Below, piece by piece: positions 49,881 through 52,581 of a stretch of 52,581 nucleotides of DNA (positions are counted from its first letter, which is position 1; every line of letters starts with the position of its first letter). The DNA lies in contig NC_068994.1 in assembly GCF_001194135.2 (NCBI RefSeq), positions 23,901,358 to 23,953,938 on the forward strand, written 5' to 3'. This DNA comes from Octopus bimaculoides. Lineage: Eukaryota. The translations under genes and the position numbers were made by a program. The notes under the pieces are model-generated. The model saw only the letters and a list, made by a program, of their open reading frames with translations, searched no databases and was not told where the DNA came from.

Positions 49881-51585
49881 TATATACATCTAAATACAAA
49901 GATACAGAGACTGATAACATTCAGACGATGAACATCATTATAATATATGCATAAGTTACTCGGGTATGTTGTATTTGTAAAGATTGCATTTCTTGCGCGC
50001 TGCCATCATCGATTAGTTTACAAATATCAATTGTAATATTTATGTATTGAATGTATGATTTTACATAGGTTACGAGACATCATGTGGATATGTGCTGTTC
50101 AATTTTGAGACAGGAAAATGCTTTCTGAATTAATGTTACATGAAAATCGCGGAAAATGTTAATGTCTAATTCTATAAAAGAGATTCGGATTCTTAATTTT
50201 GTACTGAAATATAATAGTTGGTGTCAATGAAATATTTAAAAATTTTATATAGTTTATTTTTCTGTATGAAATATATTTTGTGCAGAACTGTGGCATTGCG
50301 ACGAAGTTGAAAACGGTGCTTCCTATAATTATTGTTGCTGTTACCGATGTGTCCCTGTTATTCCTTTTGCAATGCCAAGTATTTTGTAAATAGACATTAC
50401 GCAATCGCTCGACTTGCAAGAAATTGAAGTAAATTTTCTTCCAATACTTCCTACAAATTTAAAAACGAATCAATATAACAAATAATATAAGTCAAATAAG
50501 TAAATGAGATCGTCACAGTACGTATACCTCTTAAACAGAGTGGGTTTTTTTTCTTCTTATGTACAGTATACGCATATTCTCGCTTGCTTATTATTTGTTT
50601 TGTTGCTTTGCTCGAACTTTGTTAAAAACTCATAAAATATAATGTCTAAATATTTATCTCCACTAATTAGCCGAGATATAGTGTTTGTATTTTATAAGTG
50701 GCTAGCTGAGTAAGCATTTGGATATTTTATAGCGCCATGTTAACAATTTTTAGCGAGACAGAAGACATAGTAAGAAATGGTTGTATTTGTACACACTCAT
50801 AATGCCTGCAACTTCAATTTAGTAAACTAAATACTTTATATCGGCAGAAAAATGAATTTCGCAGAGGTTAGAGTTATGAGAATCACGACACTGTACAACA
50901 CGCCCAACATGAACAATAACTGTCTATAATTTAGAAAGTTAGCAACACACAGCATCAACAATAACAATATTAACTGAGAGACGCGAAAGGCAGAGAATGA
51001 CGAACAATGATGGTCGAGTTCAAAATAGCTATAAAAACTTTAATGTATGCGTTATTATAAGGAAAATGAGATAAGAGACGTTTCGTTCATTATATTTATG
51101 TTAAGGAAGATACGGAAGTTACAACAGTTGATTCATTCTTCCTTAAATGTGTACGAATGTATGGCATTGAAGTGTGATATTTAGTAATGATGATTACCCT
51201 TGGGTCACAATAACTGCGTAATCACATTTCCTTTTGCATTATGTTTGTGTGCATATGTTCTTATATTTCTTTGGTAACACCGCCATCTAAACACGCAGAC
51301 TGATAGGATTTTTGTTTAGTTATGCATTTCATAAAATAGAAAATTTCAGTTTATTTAATTTACCATTTCAGTGCGCTGCTATGTCAATTATATTCATTTC
51401 TCCATGTCAGTTATATTCATTTAAGTTTTACAATAATACATCATTACTGTAGCAATCTTATAGAGTCTGTACCTAGCTTTAGTAACACTTCCTACAACGA
51501 AACTCTAATCATAAGGGCTACATCAAACTTATTTGTTCAGATAATCAAAAATGCATATTTTTTTACAATGTATATATATTTACGG

Positions 51586-51586
<1 letters not shown>

Positions 51587-51665
<79 letters not shown>

Positions 51666-51690
51666 ATGTGTGAGTGCGCGCGCACGAGCG
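51587..51690. repeat. (TG)n microsatellite grading into (CG)n
   Basis: Direct reading. Confidence 0.95.
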
Positions 51691-52581
51691 TGTGTAAAAT
51701 GACAAGTCATTTCATTATTGTCTATTTGCTGACAGACAGCTAGGGGAGTTACAGTATACTATACTGCTGACATGAATGTTTATAGTGTATGACATGAATT
51801 TAATACAAACTTAACTAAAAAGTTTCCAGTTAGCACATATTCAGGCAAAATTAAATCGATTTTGGTAAACGAAAGCAATGTCTAAGTGATTCATTGGTGC
51901 AAATATGTTGCAATATAGATGCAGCATCAGCTAACAACACACCTCATAATCGTCAAGAATAATCTTGAAAAGACGGTTACATTTCAAGAACAATTTCGGA
52001 AAATCAAAATTTCTTTCAGTGAAATTGAAAATAACAAAGCCAAGAAACAAGAAAAAAAGAAAAATGAAATAATCGATGTTTATAACAACAAACATAAAAC
52101 AGATATTTGAAAAATATCAATGGGTAATCATTATTTTAACATTTCCTCCATACCTTCGCATCATTTTAGGATTATTATATGTTGAAGTTGTTCATTATAA
52201 CTATAGAGGAAGAACATATGCACTTCTAGATTAAGAGGTTCAATCAGTTAAGTTATAAACAAACATTGCTATCATTTCATGTGTAATGCAAGGTTATAAT
52301 CTATAATTTTGAACTCAATGACTACTATAGGTAGAGAGAGTGAAACAGAGAAAGCGAGACAGACAGACAGAGGAGAGAGAGCTCTATATGAATAAAAAAT
52401 ATATATACTCACATATGCACGCTCTCACTCATACATACATACATACATGCATACATACATATACAAAAATGATGTTGCAAGACTGTTCTTGTTTCTTTCA
52501 CATCAAAATTCAACGTGAAAGCTTCAACCGAAGAAGTTTCAGAGTAAAGTCGGAGAGGTTAATGCACACACACACACACAC

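Overview
Eukaryotic, AT-rich, microsatellite-dense genomic DNA with seven assembly gaps (4842-4867, 12388-13046, about 15389-15737, 29804-29813, about 34734-34928, about 35937-35946, about 44300-44322). The SINE-like families look, from memory, like those of octopus or related coleoid cephalopods; this is an inference, not a search result. I could not support any host exon, intact CDS, intact tRNA gene or CRISPR array. The recognisable content is almost all transposon debris: a full-length Tc1 (DD34E), a full-length DD41D element, several mariner and maT-like relics, RTE, CR1-like, L1/Tx1-like and R4/Dong-like non-LTR fragments, Helitron pieces, SINEs, and at least three Penelope-like elements (PLEs) with C-terminal GIY-YIG endonucleases and minimal hammerhead ribozymes. 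Three things stand out. (1) A 730-bp palindromic insertion (24341-25070) is flanked by a 12-bp target-site duplication. Each arm has a tRNA-like Pol III head, an (AAT)n linker and a hammerhead-bearing tail. (2) A TIR-bounded 610-bp element (1129-1738) carries a CCA-tailed tRNA-Trp 3' half, a fold-back copy of it and a second mirrored PBS-like site. (3) Two related hammerheads have unusually long (75-76 nt) stem II domains. Boundaries without a TIR, TSD or motif anchor are approximate.
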